A stretch of 64,000 bases of DNA, taken from sequence record DRR723986_4862; one strand, 5' to 3'. Positions 30,324 to 39,612 of the stretch are shown here, in pieces; within the stretch, counting starts at the first letter, position 1, and each line of letters starts with the position of its first letter. The position numbers were made by a program, and so were the translations under genes. The notes under the pieces were generated by a model. It was not told the origin of the DNA, searched no databases, and worked only from the letters and a program-made list of their open reading frames with translations.

Positions 30324-30512
30324 TTAAGCGCGAGCGGTGTTGGCGCTGGCGTCGATGAATTCCGCGTAGTCCACGCTCAGCCACCATTCGCTGTGGTTGA
30401 GGCCCAGGCGAGAAAGACGGCGGGCGGCGGCCCGAGGTCGGAAAATGCTGTCGGTGTCTTTTTTTGCCGATAATTGCGCGTTGGAGCGGCGCTTTAAAAA
30501 TTGCGTTGCCAT
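30324..30512 (-). CDS. small hypothetical protein (62 aa), EWWL-motif paralog 2
   Basis: MATQFLK...TDSIF...NHSEWWLSVDYAEFID; G-rich RBS. Confidence 0.78.
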   Translation of the reverse strand: MATQFLKRRSNAQLSAKKDTDSIFRPRAAARRLSRLGLNHSEWWLSVDYAEFIDASANTARA

Positions 30513-30551
30513 GGTAGCCCCCATTGATTCGGTATTTTTAATACTGGAGTG

Positions 30552-30596
30552 ACTGTAGCAATGTCATATCTTCCTGCGTATACGCAATAGTCGGTA
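30552..30596 (-). promoter_or_regulatory. putative activator box plus -10 element of paralog 2
   Basis: Minus strand: TACCGACTATTGCGTATAC-N19-CTACAGT. Confidence 0.6.
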
Positions 30597-30644
30597 GCGG
30601 CATTTACCTAGGGCCTGTTAACAGGCCTGGCCGCTACCGACTAT
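30587..30644. repeat. 15-bp perfect inverted repeat enclosing a 16-bp perfect palindrome
   Basis: ATAGTCGGTAGCGGC ... GCCGCTACCGACTAT with GGCCTGTTAACAGGCC at 30612-30627. Confidence 0.85.
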
Positions 30645-30662
30645 CACTTCCGTACATGCTGG

Positions 30663-31889
30663 CTAAGCAGATTGGTTGCCGGATGGGATGTCTTTGAATG
30701 CCATGCCCTTATCCGCTCTGGGCTCCTGAGGCATGCCTAATACCTGTTCGGCAATGATATTGCGCATGACTTCATCGGTACCACCCGCCAGGCGAATACC
30801 GGGAGAGAACAGGGCGGTTTTCTGGAAGTGGGCCTGCTGCGGCGCGAAGTCGGGGTTCATCACCGGGCCGCTTTCACCGAGCAATTGCAGGGCATAGTTG
30901 GCAATGTCTTGATTCATCACGGCACCGACCAGTTTTCCGAGCGCGGCTTCGGCGCCGGGCATTCCCCCTTTGGCCACAGCGGTGAGCATGCGGTTGGTGG
31001 AGGCCTTGATCCCGGCGTGCTGGCAGTACCAATCGGCCAAGTGCTCGCGCACAGAGGGGTTGTCGGATACTGGCTCGCCGTCTATCTGCAGCGTTTTGAC
31101 TAATTGCAGGAGCTCTGGGAAACCGTCCGGCTGGACGCCGGAGATCGCTAGGCGTTCGTTCATGAGCACTAACAGCGCAGCGCCCCAGCCGCCGCCAATC
31201 TCGCCGAGCCGCTGGCTGTCTGGAATCTCAGCGTCATTGAAAAATACTTCATTAAAATGCGCGTCGCCATCCATTTGCTTGATGGGTTTAACGTCCACAC
31301 CGGGCTGGCGCATATCGATGTAAAACATTGTCATGCCACGGTATTTAGACACCTCGGTATCGGTGCGGCACAAAATAACACCGTAGTCCGAGTGCTGGGC
31401 GCCAGAGGTCCAGATTTTCTGGCCGTTTACTACCCATTTGTCACCTTGCTTGACTGCGCTGGTGCGCAGCCCGGCGACGTCGGAACCGGCACTCGGTTCT
31501 GAAAACATTTGGCACCAAACATCTTCCGCGCTGGCCATTCTTGGTAGCAAGTGCTGTTTTTGCTGCTCGCTGGCGAAGTGCATAATCGCCGGGCCACAGT
31601 TGCCTATGCCAATAACAAAGTAGCCATCGGGCTCGGCATAATTGGCCACCTCTTGAGACCAAATCACCTTGTGGATCTGGCTCAAGCCAGCGCCGCCATA
31701 CTCTTTAGGCCAGTCGAGGCAGGCAAATCCCGCGTCTGCCACTTTTTTGTACCAGCGTTTGGCATCGTCATAGCGTTCGGCCTGGGAGGGGCGACCCGCG
31801 CCGGTTTGTTTTGGGCGCGCATTGGCAGTGAGCCATTGGCGTACTTCTGCGCGAAATGCTGCTTGTTCGGGGGTATCTTTGAAGTCCAT
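30663..31889 (-). CDS. acyl-CoA dehydrogenase (FadE26/29-like subunit)
   Basis: WCQMFSEPSAGSD, NGQKIWTSGA, FNEVFF, LMNER, GGTDEVMRNII. Confidence 0.92.
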   Translation of the reverse strand: MDFKDTPEQAAFRAEVRQWLTANARPKQTGAGRPSQAERYDDAKRWYKKVADAGFACLDWPKEYGGAGLSQIHKVIWSQEVANYAEPDGYFVIGIGNCGPAIMHFASEQQKQHLLPRMASAEDVWCQMFSEPSAGSDVAGLRTSAVKQGDKWVVNGQKIWTSGAQHSDYGVILCRTDTEVSKYRGMTMFYIDMRQPGVDVKPIKQMDGDAHFNEVFFNDAEIPDSQRLGEIGGGWGAALLVLMNERLAISGVQPDGFPELLQLVKTLQIDGEPVSDNPSVREHLADWYCQHAGIKASTNRMLTAVAKGGMPGAEAALGKLVGAVMNQDIANYALQLLGESGPVMNPDFAPQQAHFQKTALFSPGIRLAGGTDEVMRNIIAEQVLGMPQEPRADKGMAFKDIPSGNQSA

Positions 31890-31904
31890 TGTCAGCTCCG
31901 GTGC

Positions 31905-33011
31905 TTAAGCAGTTAGCAGTTGTTCGGTGAGGCGGTTTTTCCAGACGGGGGCGCTGCCGATAACGCTTGAGAGTAGCTGGGCGCGTCGGTAGTAAAGGTG
32001 GCAGTCAAACTCCCAGGTAAACCCCATGCCGCCGTGGGCCTGAATGTTCTCTTTGCTGCACAAGTAGTAGGCGTTTATCGCGCTGACGCGAGCGGTGGCG
32101 GCGGCCAGAGGTAACTCGCGTTCGCCATCGGTCATGGCCCAGGCCCCATAGTAGGCGTTGGATTTCGCCAGCTCCTTTGCCACAAACATATCAGCGAGCT
32201 TGTGTTTAATCGCCTGAAAGGAGGCAACTTGGCGACCAAATGCGTAGCGGCCTTCGGTATAGGTTTTTGCCATATCAATTACGGCTTCACAGCCGCCTAC
32301 TTGCTCAAAGCTGAGCAGTACGGCGGCGCGATCAAGTAGCTGTTGATAGCAATGGGGGAAATCTTCGCCATTGCCCAACGGCTCAGAGGGGGCGTCGGTA
32401 AATTGAAGTGTGGCCATTGCCTGACAGGGGTCAATTGTCGGCTGGACTTGGCGTTGTATGGCACTGTTGTTGAGGTCTGCCTTATAAAAGGCCATGCGGC
32501 CAGCGTCATCGCGCGCAGCAACAATGGCGAAATCAGCGGCGTGGCCGTGCAAAACAGCCTGAGCCGTGCCGTTCAAGATAGCGTCGCTAGCCGTAACGGT
32601 ATTTATCGCGCCGTGGTTGAGACTGCGCGTTTCAGGCAGGGCAACACAGGCTATGGCGTCGCCGCTGGCCAACTGAGGAAGCCATTCAGCCTTCTGGGTG
32701 TCGCTGGCGCAGAGTTTTACCGCCTCGGTGGCGAGGTAGACTGAGGCGGTAAAGGGCAGTGGTGCCACTGCGCGACCCAGCTCCTGGGCGATGACGCACA
32801 GCTCCAGGTACCCCATGCCGAGCCCCCCGAATTCTTCGTCGATCGCGATGGCGGGCCAGCCAAGCTCGGCCACCTGTTTCCACAGTGTTTCGTCATAGGC
32901 TCTCGCGTGCTCGAGGGCTTGTCGCGCGCGGTCTGGCGGGCATTCTCGGCTCAGAACGAGGCGAGCTTGGTCCTGAATGGTTTTCTGGTCGTCGGAAAAA
33001 TCAAAATTCAT
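31905..33011 (-). CDS. acyl-CoA dehydrogenase (FadE27/28-like partner subunit)
   Basis: FQAIKHKLADM, HGGMGFTWE; AGGAG RBS before MNFDFSDDQ. Confidence 0.9.
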   Translation of the reverse strand: MNFDFSDDQKTIQDQARLVLSRECPPDRARQALEHARAYDETLWKQVAELGWPAIAIDEEFGGLGMGYLELCVIAQELGRAVAPLPFTASVYLATEAVKLCASDTQKAEWLPQLASGDAIACVALPETRSLNHGAINTVTASDAILNGTAQAVLHGHAADFAIVAARDDAGRMAFYKADLNNSAIQRQVQPTIDPCQAMATLQFTDAPSEPLGNGEDFPHCYQQLLDRAAVLLSFEQVGGCEAVIDMAKTYTEGRYAFGRQVASFQAIKHKLADMFVAKELAKSNAYYGAWAMTDGERELPLAAATARVSAINAYYLCSKENIQAHGGMGFTWEFDCHLYYRRAQLLSSVIGSAPVWKNRLTEQLLTA

Positions 33012-33117
33012 AGATCGGCTCCTACTATTTTTATCTAATACGGCCGTATTAGTTTGTTGGATTCGCGTGCGCAATGCAGCAGTGATATGAGCCAACTAAC
33101 TATAGAAGAGCGAGAAA

Positions 33118-33150
33118 TAAAAAACGGCCACTAGAAGCTAGCGGCCGTTT
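33118..33150 (-). terminator. terminator of the TetR gene
   Basis: AAACGGCC...GGCCGTTT hairpin with a T-tract on the minus strand. Confidence 0.65.
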
Positions 33151-33173
33151 AGATAAAGCGGGGGGAGCTGAGA

Positions 33174-33752
33174 TTAGAAGCGCAGTGCGCGCATGCTGGC
33201 GTGGAATTCAGCTTTGCTAACAGGGTGCTGACGGTAAATCAGTGCCAAGCGTCCAGTTAGCGGCACGAGATCATCGATGCTCAGGCTCTTGCCGGTTTGC
33301 GCATTGTAGTTGCGCAGCGGCTCGATGAGCAGTTCGCGCCATAGGCGGTCGGACTCATCGTTGTCGATGTGCGGCATGATCTCTGCGGAATTGCGGCCGC
33401 TGGTGATTTCCAGGCGGTTGTCCTCGGCGGGGCGGTAGTTGGCAGTAAACCAAATACACTCTTCCAGCATACGAGGGAAATCCTCTTTGTATTCTGCAAC
33501 GACATCCTTGAGCTGTTCGAACATGCGATTGCGCTCAATATCGACAAGCGAAGAGATGATGTCGGATTTGCCGGTGAAGTAGCGATAAACCGTCCGCCGC
33601 GTCACGTTGGCGACATTGGCAATGTCTTCGATGGTTGTAGACTTAACGCCTTTCGCTGCAAAGCAGCTTACGGCCGCCTCAAGCAGGAGTTTCTTGCCGG
33701 TTACCAGATCATCTACTCGGGCGCCATTGCCCCAACGTTTGTTCGTTTTCAT
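33174..33752 (-). CDS. TetR/AcrR family regulator
   Basis: KGVKSTTIEDIANVANVTRRTVYRYF HTH. Confidence 0.9.
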   Translation of the reverse strand: MKTNKRWGNGARVDDLVTGKKLLLEAAVSCFAAKGVKSTTIEDIANVANVTRRTVYRYFTGKSDIISSLVDIERNRMFEQLKDVVAEYKEDFPRMLEECIWFTANYRPAEDNRLEITSGRNSAEIMPHIDNDESDRLWRELLIEPLRNYNAQTGKSLSIDDLVPLTGRLALIYRQHPVSKAEFHASMRALRF

Positions 33753-34006
33753 ACTTACCACGCTCTGAATTTACAACACGGTTCTTACAGCTTGTTTGTG
33801 TGTCACTATGCTAGCACGCTGTAATCTTGCAGATGATCAGAAAAAGGCCCAATCGACTAAGGGATTATACGTATAGCCTGTGAAGTAGTGATCATTTTGG
33901 TGCAAAACGGCCCTGCTTGCCTCTCTATATCCCGTTGGATGCGCGGCGTGACAGCAACGATCTGGCTCGGCATAATGCCGCTCATCACTGAAGAGGATAC
34001 CTGTGC

Positions 34007-35110
34007 ATGCCATACGCGACGATAACTGGATGGGGTAAATGCGTTCCCCCCGCTGTGCTGAGTAATGAAGACCTGACAACCTTCCTCGATACGTCTGATG
34101 AGTGGATCTCGACGCGTACCGGGATCAAAGAGCGCAGAATCTCTCATGTGTCCACCGCGACTCTGGCAAGCATGGCGGCAAAGCGCGCCCTGGCCGCCGC
34201 CGACCTCGACCCTGCCGAGCTGGACATGATCATTATGGGAACCGCTTGCCCGGATACGCTGATTCCGAATTCGGGGTCGTTCGTGCAGGACAGTATCGGC
34301 GCGACCAATGCGGCGGTTTTTGACCTCAATGCGGCCTGCACGGGTTTTGTTTATGGTCTAAGTGTGGGCACGGCCATGATCCGTTCTGGTGCAATGAAGA
34401 AAGTACTGGTAATCGGCGCGGATCGAATCCCCTATTTCCTCGACTACAGCATGCGCGATGTAGCGGTGCTGTTTGGCGACGGTGCGGGCGCAGTCATCCT
34501 TGAAGCAGGTGAAGAAGAAAGCGGCATGCTTGCGGAGCGTTTGGGTTGTGATGGCGACGCGCGCGATATTCTGTCGGCGCGTGATTCCGGTACCGTCCGT
34601 GAGCGCTTTGCCGGTATCGATGGTTATTACGATATCAATTTCGAGGGGCCGGAAATATTTAAACGCGCGGTGCGCGGCATGGGCCAAGCGGTAACGGACG
34701 TACTTGATAAGTGCGGGCTGGCTGCTGAAGACGTGGATGTGCTGGTTCCTCATCAGGCGAATATTCGTATTATCGAAACGCTGATGAAGCGTTTGAAGGC
34801 GCCGGAAGAAAAGGTCATCGTTAATATTGAAAAATATGGCAATACCTCTGCCGCGACGGTGCCGATCGCGTTGTGTGAAGCGCTTGAGCAGGGCCGTATT
34901 AAGCCCGGCGACCACATTTTGACAGCCGCCTTTGGCGCAGGTCTAACCTGGGGGGCGGCACTCATTAAATGGGGTGATCGCGTGACGCCGCTGCGTGAAT
35001 GCGAAGAAGATTTACCACCCTGCGATAAAACAGCGTTGGAGCTGTTGAAACCCTGGATTGAAGGCAGCAATGCTGCGGCAGCCAAAAAAGCAGCCAAGGC
35101 AGATAGCTAA
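34007..35110 (+). CDS. fabH: beta-ketoacyl-ACP synthase III family protein
   Basis: [42 protein letters not shown]. Confidence 0.9.
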   Translation: MPYATITGWGKCVPPAVLSNEDLTTFLDTSDEWISTRTGIKERRISHVSTATLASMAAKRALAAADLDPAELDMIIMGTACPDTLIPNSGSFVQDSIGATNAAVFDLNAACTGFVYGLSVGTAMIRSGAMKKVLVIGADRIPYFLDYSMRDVAVLFGDGAGAVILEAGEEESGMLAERLGCDGDARDILSARDSGTVRERFAGIDGYYDINFEGPEIFKRAVRGMGQAVTDVLDKCGLAAEDVDVLVPHQANIRIIETLMKRLKAPEEKVIVNIEKYGNTSAATVPIALCEALEQGRIKPGDHILTAAFGAGLTWGAALIKWGDRVTPLRECEEDLPPCDKTALELLKPWIEGSNAAAAKKAAKADS

Positions 35111-36069
35111 CAGGCGCTGGCCAACCACTGTTTTACCCGCTGTACCGCGAAGGTGGCGCTGCGTAGCGCCCCTTCCGCATTGCCTCCAACGCAGTAATCC
35201 CCCGCCAATGCTATTTTCAAGCTGTCGTCAGCACGCTGTGAGTCGCTGATAACTGCTGTTTCCGGTCTGGCGAAACGCCAGCGCTGTATGTCGCTGTGTA
35301 GCAGTGGTGGCGTGGGCGCTATCGATGCCAGCTCGGTCATCACTCTATCGATAATTTCGTTATCGCTGCGTTGTTCAAAGTGGTGGCTGGCATCGTCGGT
35401 CAGCTCGATGGAATAGCAGTGCTGATGGTCCCGTCCTGGCGCGGACGACAAGCAAACAATTCGGCGCAGTATCGCGTGCGATTCAATATCGATTATTTCG
35501 CTCGGCGTCCACGCACCTTCAAATTGAACAATCACCGTCCAGCCCGCTTGCCAGGGTGATTCGGCAATGGTGAGAGAGCTGGTTGTGGGTAACAGGTCTC
35601 GCGCCTGGGGGGCGGGGGTGGCGAGAATCACCGCCGAAAAATCACCGAGATCCTCCTCTTTGTCATCGCGCAATGACAGCGTTGTTGATGTTGGGTGAAT
35701 GGCGGCTACTCGTTGCCCCCGGCGAACCTCAATGCCGTCAGCCAGAGCATGGCATAGTCGGTTGTTGCTGCCCGCCGCCGTGTAGTGTGTTTGGGTTGCT
35801 TGAGGCAGTAATTTACCGTCGCGCCACTGCGCGGTGGTATATGGTTGGGCGCTGATGGCGTCCCTGGGGAAGTATTGCAACTGCTCTGGCGTCAGGGCAA
35901 GTAAGGGGGCGCCGATATCAACGTTACCCCAGGGGTGCCTGCGCCGGGCGAGTCGCCCGCCCAGGCCGCGCGACTTTTCAAAGACCGCGACGGGTAGGCC
36001 GCACTCGTTGAGCATTTTTGCGCAAAGCAGGCCGCTCAATCCGGCGCCGATGATGGCTACGGGGCTCAA
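35107..36069 (-). CDS. renalase-like FAD/NAD(P)-dependent oxidoreductase
   Basis: [34 protein letters not shown]. Confidence 0.85.
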   Translation of the reverse strand: MSPVAIIGAGLSGLLCAKMLNECGLPVAVFEKSRGLGGRLARRRHPWGNVDIGAPLLALTPEQLQYFPRDAISAQPYTTAQWRDGKLLPQATQTHYTAAGSNNRLCHALADGIEVRRGQRVAAIHPTSTTLSLRDDKEEDLGDFSAVILATPAPQARDLLPTTSSLTIAESPWQAGWTVIVQFEGAWTPSEIIDIESHAILRRIVCLSSAPGRDHQHCYSIELTDDASHHFEQRSDNEIIDRVMTELASIAPTPPLLHSDIQRWRFARPETAVISDSQRADDSLKIALAGDYCVGGNAEGALRSATFAVQRVKQWLASAC

Positions 36070-37304
36070 TGAGGCTTCTCAAGCACGAATTGATAAACAT
36101 CTATCGAGCCCGCGCGAAAGCCGCCTTCGCAATAGCCAAGATAGTATTGCCACATGCGTTTAAAGCGTTGATCAAACCCCAGCGGGACGATGTCTTCCCA
36201 GCGCGCATTAAACGCCGTCGCCCAGTGCGCCAGGGTTTTGGCATATGACAGGCCGAAGGGCAGCTCGCTTTTTACGTCGAAGCCCGCTTTGCTGGCATGT
36301 GAGCGGAAGATGTCAGGGCTGGGCAGCATGCCTCCGGGGAAGATGTAGCGCTGGATAAAATCCGGGTTGTCGCGGTAGCCTTCGAAACGTTTTTCTTCAA
36401 TGGTGATCACCTGTATTGCCGCTCTGCCGCCTGGTTTGAGGCGGGCATACAGGGTGTCGAAATAGGTTGGCCAGTACTGTTCACCGACAGCCTCAAGCAT
36501 TTCTATGGAAACAATGTGGTCGTATTGATCGCGGGTGTCGCGGTAATCGGTGAGGCTAAATTTGGCTCGGCCGCTAAGGCCGGCGTCCGCGATACGTTGC
36601 CGGGCATAGCTCAGCTGTTCTTTGGACAGGGTGATGCCGTGGAGGGAGACATCCTGTTGTTGGCAGAGTTGTTCGGCAAAGCCGCCCCAGCCGCAGCCCA
36701 CTTCCAAAACGCGGGCGCCACTTTGCACCGCCAGTTCGTCAATTAGGCGCTGATACTTGCGGTGCTGGGCGCTGCGCAGATCATCAATGCCCTCGTCGAA
36801 TAGTGCTGACGAGTAGGTCATGCTGTCGTCTAGCCAGTGGCGATAAAAGTGATTGCCCAGATCATAGTGGTAGGCAATATTGCGCTTGCTGCCGCGCTTA
36901 TTGTTGGCGTTGCGCCGGTGTTGTAGGCGTTGCAGCCACTGCTTGGTTTTGCCGCTCGCCAGCATATCGCCGAAGTGTTCCTCGTTGACCACGATCCACT
37001 CCACCAGCGCAGCCAGGTTGGGGCAATCCCAATCGCCATCCATATAGGCTTCGCTCCATCCGACAGAGCCGCCGCTAAAGGCTTTACGCAATCCTTTCCA
37101 GTTATTAAGAATCACACTGGGTGCCAGCCGCTTGTCATGTTGGTCGCCAAAGCTGAGCTGACTTTTGTTGGGTAAAGTGACTGTGAGTGAACCGATTTTG
37201 GCATTGGCGAGCGGTGCAAGCACCTTTGCCAGCAAGTTCCGTTGGCGTTTTCCCCACCAGCTGGTGCCAAGCTGGTGCTGTAATTCTATGGCTGCTGTCT
37301 TCAT
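36066..37304 (-). CDS. Cfa-family SAM-dependent fatty acyl methyltransferase (UfaM-like)
   Basis: NIAYHYDLGN, MTYSSA, LEVGCGWG, SIEMLEAVG, YIFPGG, YCEGGF. Confidence 0.9.
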   Translation of the reverse strand: MKTAAIELQHQLGTSWWGKRQRNLLAKVLAPLANAKIGSLTVTLPNKSQLSFGDQHDKRLAPSVILNNWKGLRKAFSGGSVGWSEAYMDGDWDCPNLAALVEWIVVNEEHFGDMLASGKTKQWLQRLQHRRNANNKRGSKRNIAYHYDLGNHFYRHWLDDSMTYSSALFDEGIDDLRSAQHRKYQRLIDELAVQSGARVLEVGCGWGGFAEQLCQQQDVSLHGITLSKEQLSYARQRIADAGLSGRAKFSLTDYRDTRDQYDHIVSIEMLEAVGEQYWPTYFDTLYARLKPGGRAAIQVITIEEKRFEGYRDNPDFIQRYIFPGGMLPSPDIFRSHASKAGFDVKSELPFGLSYAKTLAHWATAFNARWEDIVPLGFDQRFKRMWQYYLGYCEGGFRAGSIDVYQFVLEKPH

Positions 37305-37335
37305 CGGGTATCCCGTTAACGATTACGTTTATGGT

Positions 37336-38115
37336 TTACGAATCATTACGAGAGACAGGGTATTTTGGTTCAGCGGGGCGGGGAAGTATTCGCATACCCT
37401 TGATATAGAGCTTAAGCGCCTGCCAGTGAATGGCAACCATCACGCTGGCGGTCATGAACGGCAGGCGGAAGAAACTGCCCAATAAATTCCAGTCGTTTAG
37501 TGTATGGCGAACACCCCGAAATACAGCGTGTAACAGCGCTTTGCCGTCCTCGGTCTCACGTATTGCAACAGCCAATCGGGGGCCTGGTTTGCGCAGCCGG
37601 AAGTGGTAAGTCGCCTCCATAGGAATAAAGGGTGAAACGTAAAACGCTTTATCGCAACGCTGACGAATAATCTCTTGCTGGCCTTCACCTGTGGCAGTAA
37701 TTAAGTAGCTATGACGCTGCCCGAAGGTGTTGCTGACCTCGTACAGCACCGCGAAGATGTCATTACTGGCGTTGTAGCAGTAGTAAACGCTGAGGGGGTT
37801 AAAGGTGTAGCCAAGGATGCGCGGGTAGCACAATAATTCTGCGCGATAGAGTTGCTCCTCAATATCGTGCTCGCGAAGCGTTTGTTGGAGGTAGTCTTTC
37901 GGCGCCCGGCCATCGCCAGCGCCGAAGTCGCGGTAGTGAAAACTAAACAGGTTAAACCGGTTCACCGACAGCAGGCGACAGCGCGCGGCGTCTTGCTCGA
38001 GTTTGTCCAGGTCAAACAGAAAGCTGTCGATACGGTAGCGAAAGCGGTGCTTTACTGGCCGAAAGCGATGGTGGAGCACTTCGCCTCGATACAGGGCGCT
38101 GCTTGCGTCACTCAT
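37336..38115 (-). CDS. DUF1365 family protein (UfaO-like)
   Basis: HHRFRP, FNPLSVYYC, EVSNTFGQRH, FYVSPF, IHWQALKL. Confidence 0.9.
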   Translation of the reverse strand: MSDASSALYRGEVLHHRFRPVKHRFRYRIDSFLFDLDKLEQDAARCRLLSVNRFNLFSFHYRDFGAGDGRAPKDYLQQTLREHDIEEQLYRAELLCYPRILGYTFNPLSVYYCYNASNDIFAVLYEVSNTFGQRHSYLITATGEGQQEIIRQRCDKAFYVSPFIPMEATYHFRLRKPGPRLAVAIRETEDGKALLHAVFRGVRHTLNDWNLLGSFFRLPFMTASVMVAIHWQALKLYIKGMRILPRPAEPKYPVSRNDS

Positions 38116-39452
38116 GCTGCTGAACTGCTAACCTCGGCAGGCAGCGGCAGATTGATACGATCGTCCTCCGGTTTTACCTGCCAGGGGCGCAGGCTGCCAC
38201 CGAGGCGCTCTGCCACTGCGAGCCCCGATTGGATGCCATCCTCATGGAAGCCGTAGCCAAAATAACTGCCGCAGAACCAGCTGCGTTGCTGACCTTGCAA
38301 TGCCCAGAGGTCTGTTTGCGCTGCCAGTGCCTTGCCATCGAATACCGGGTGCTGATAGCTGAACTCGCGAAAAACGTGGCGAGCGCGGGGCTCGGTCAAC
38401 GGGTTCAACGAGACGACGATGGGCTCTGCGCATGGTAAATGCTGCAGGGCGTTCATCCAGTAACTTACCGAGACCTTGGTTTCACCTTGCTGGCGGTCTC
38501 CCATGTAATTCCAGCTGGACCAAACAGTCGGCCGCTTGGGGAGCAAACGAGGATCGCAATGCAACACCGCGCGATTCTCCTCGTAACGGAAGGCGCCAAG
38601 CGTCTTGCGCTCGGCCTCGCTGCTCTGGCTGAGCATCGCGAGCGCCTGATCGGCATGGCAGGCAAAGACCACCTGGTCAAAGCGATGAGCCTCTCCAGAG
38701 TCATCGACAACAATCACGTGGTCCTCGAAACGGTCAACGCGGGAAACGCCGCAGTTGAGCTTGATGTGCTGCTCGAACGGCGCAGACAGCCGTTTCACAT
38801 ACTCGATTGAACCGCCAACCACGGTTCGCCACGTCGGCCGATTTTTTACCTGCAGCAATCCGTGGTTTTCACAGAAGCGCAGGAATGTTTTGGCCGGATA
38901 GGCGAGCATTTGGTTTACCGGCGTTGACCAGATGGCGGCACCCATTGGCAGTAAGTGGTCGTCGCAGAAACCCGCACCGAAGCGCTCTCGTTTCAGTAGT
39001 TCTCCCAGCGACATACTGTCAGGCAAGGTTTCCATCCAATTTTCGCTTTCTCGGTAGAAACGCAGCAAGTCCGAGAGCATTTTCCAAAAGCGAGGGCGCA
39101 GTAGGTTGCGCTTTTGCGCGAACATAGTGGCCAGTGAGTTCGAGCCGCTGTATTCGAGTCTGCCGTCGTCAAGCGACACGCCGAATGACATGTCTGTGGC
39201 GAGGCTGTCGACGCCGAGCTGCTTGAAAAGGTTAACAAGGTTGGGATAGCACTTGTCGTTGAACACGATGAAGCCGGTGTCTACCGCCGTGGTGCCCGCG
39301 GTTGTGGAGATTTCCACGGTGTTACTGTGACCGCCTATGCGATCGTCTTTTTCGAATACGGTGATGGCGTGGCCACTGCGTTGCAGAAGCCAGGCGCAGC
39401 TCAGTCCCGAGATACCTGAGCCGATGATGGCGATTCGTTGCTTAGTTGTCAT
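38112..39452 (-). CDS. FAD-dependent oxidoreductase COG2907 (UfaD-like fatty acyl desaturase)
   Basis: GSGISG, GGHSNT, VDTGFIVFN, WSSWNY, GYGFHEDG. Confidence 0.9.
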   Translation of the reverse strand: MTTKQRIAIIGSGISGLSCAWLLQRSGHAITVFEKDDRIGGHSNTVEISTTAGTTAVDTGFIVFNDKCYPNLVNLFKQLGVDSLATDMSFGVSLDDGRLEYSGSNSLATMFAQKRNLLRPRFWKMLSDLLRFYRESENWMETLPDSMSLGELLKRERFGAGFCDDHLLPMGAAIWSTPVNQMLAYPAKTFLRFCENHGLLQVKNRPTWRTVVGGSIEYVKRLSAPFEQHIKLNCGVSRVDRFEDHVIVVDDSGEAHRFDQVVFACHADQALAMLSQSSEAERKTLGAFRYEENRAVLHCDPRLLPKRPTVWSSWNYMGDRQQGETKVSVSYWMNALQHLPCAEPIVVSLNPLTEPRARHVFREFSYQHPVFDGKALAAQTDLWALQGQQRSWFCGSYFGYGFHEDGIQSGLAVAERLGGSLRPWQVKPEDDRINLPLPAEVSSSAA

Positions 39453-39485
39453 AGTGCGGGCAATTCTGATCTTATGAGTTATTAG

Positions 39486-39512
39486 TTACGTACTCCCTCA
39501 CTGTTGCGATCA
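39486..39512 (-). promoter_or_regulatory. RpoE-ChrR (singlet-oxygen ECF sigma) type promoter
   Basis: Minus strand TGATC-N17-CGTAA, ending 33 nt upstream of the COG2907 ATG. Confidence 0.7.
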
Positions 39513-39612
39513 CTCTTCCTTGTTCTTATGTCACTTTATACGGACTTTGGGAAATAATTAACAGGGTGTTGGCTGTGCCCGTCCGTGCTCAGCGATCCAA
39601 GGAGATACTACC

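Noticed and set aside
37305-37350. Second internal RpoE-type promoter before the Cfa-like gene
   Set aside because: The TGATTC to CGTAA spacing is only about 12 nt, which is too short
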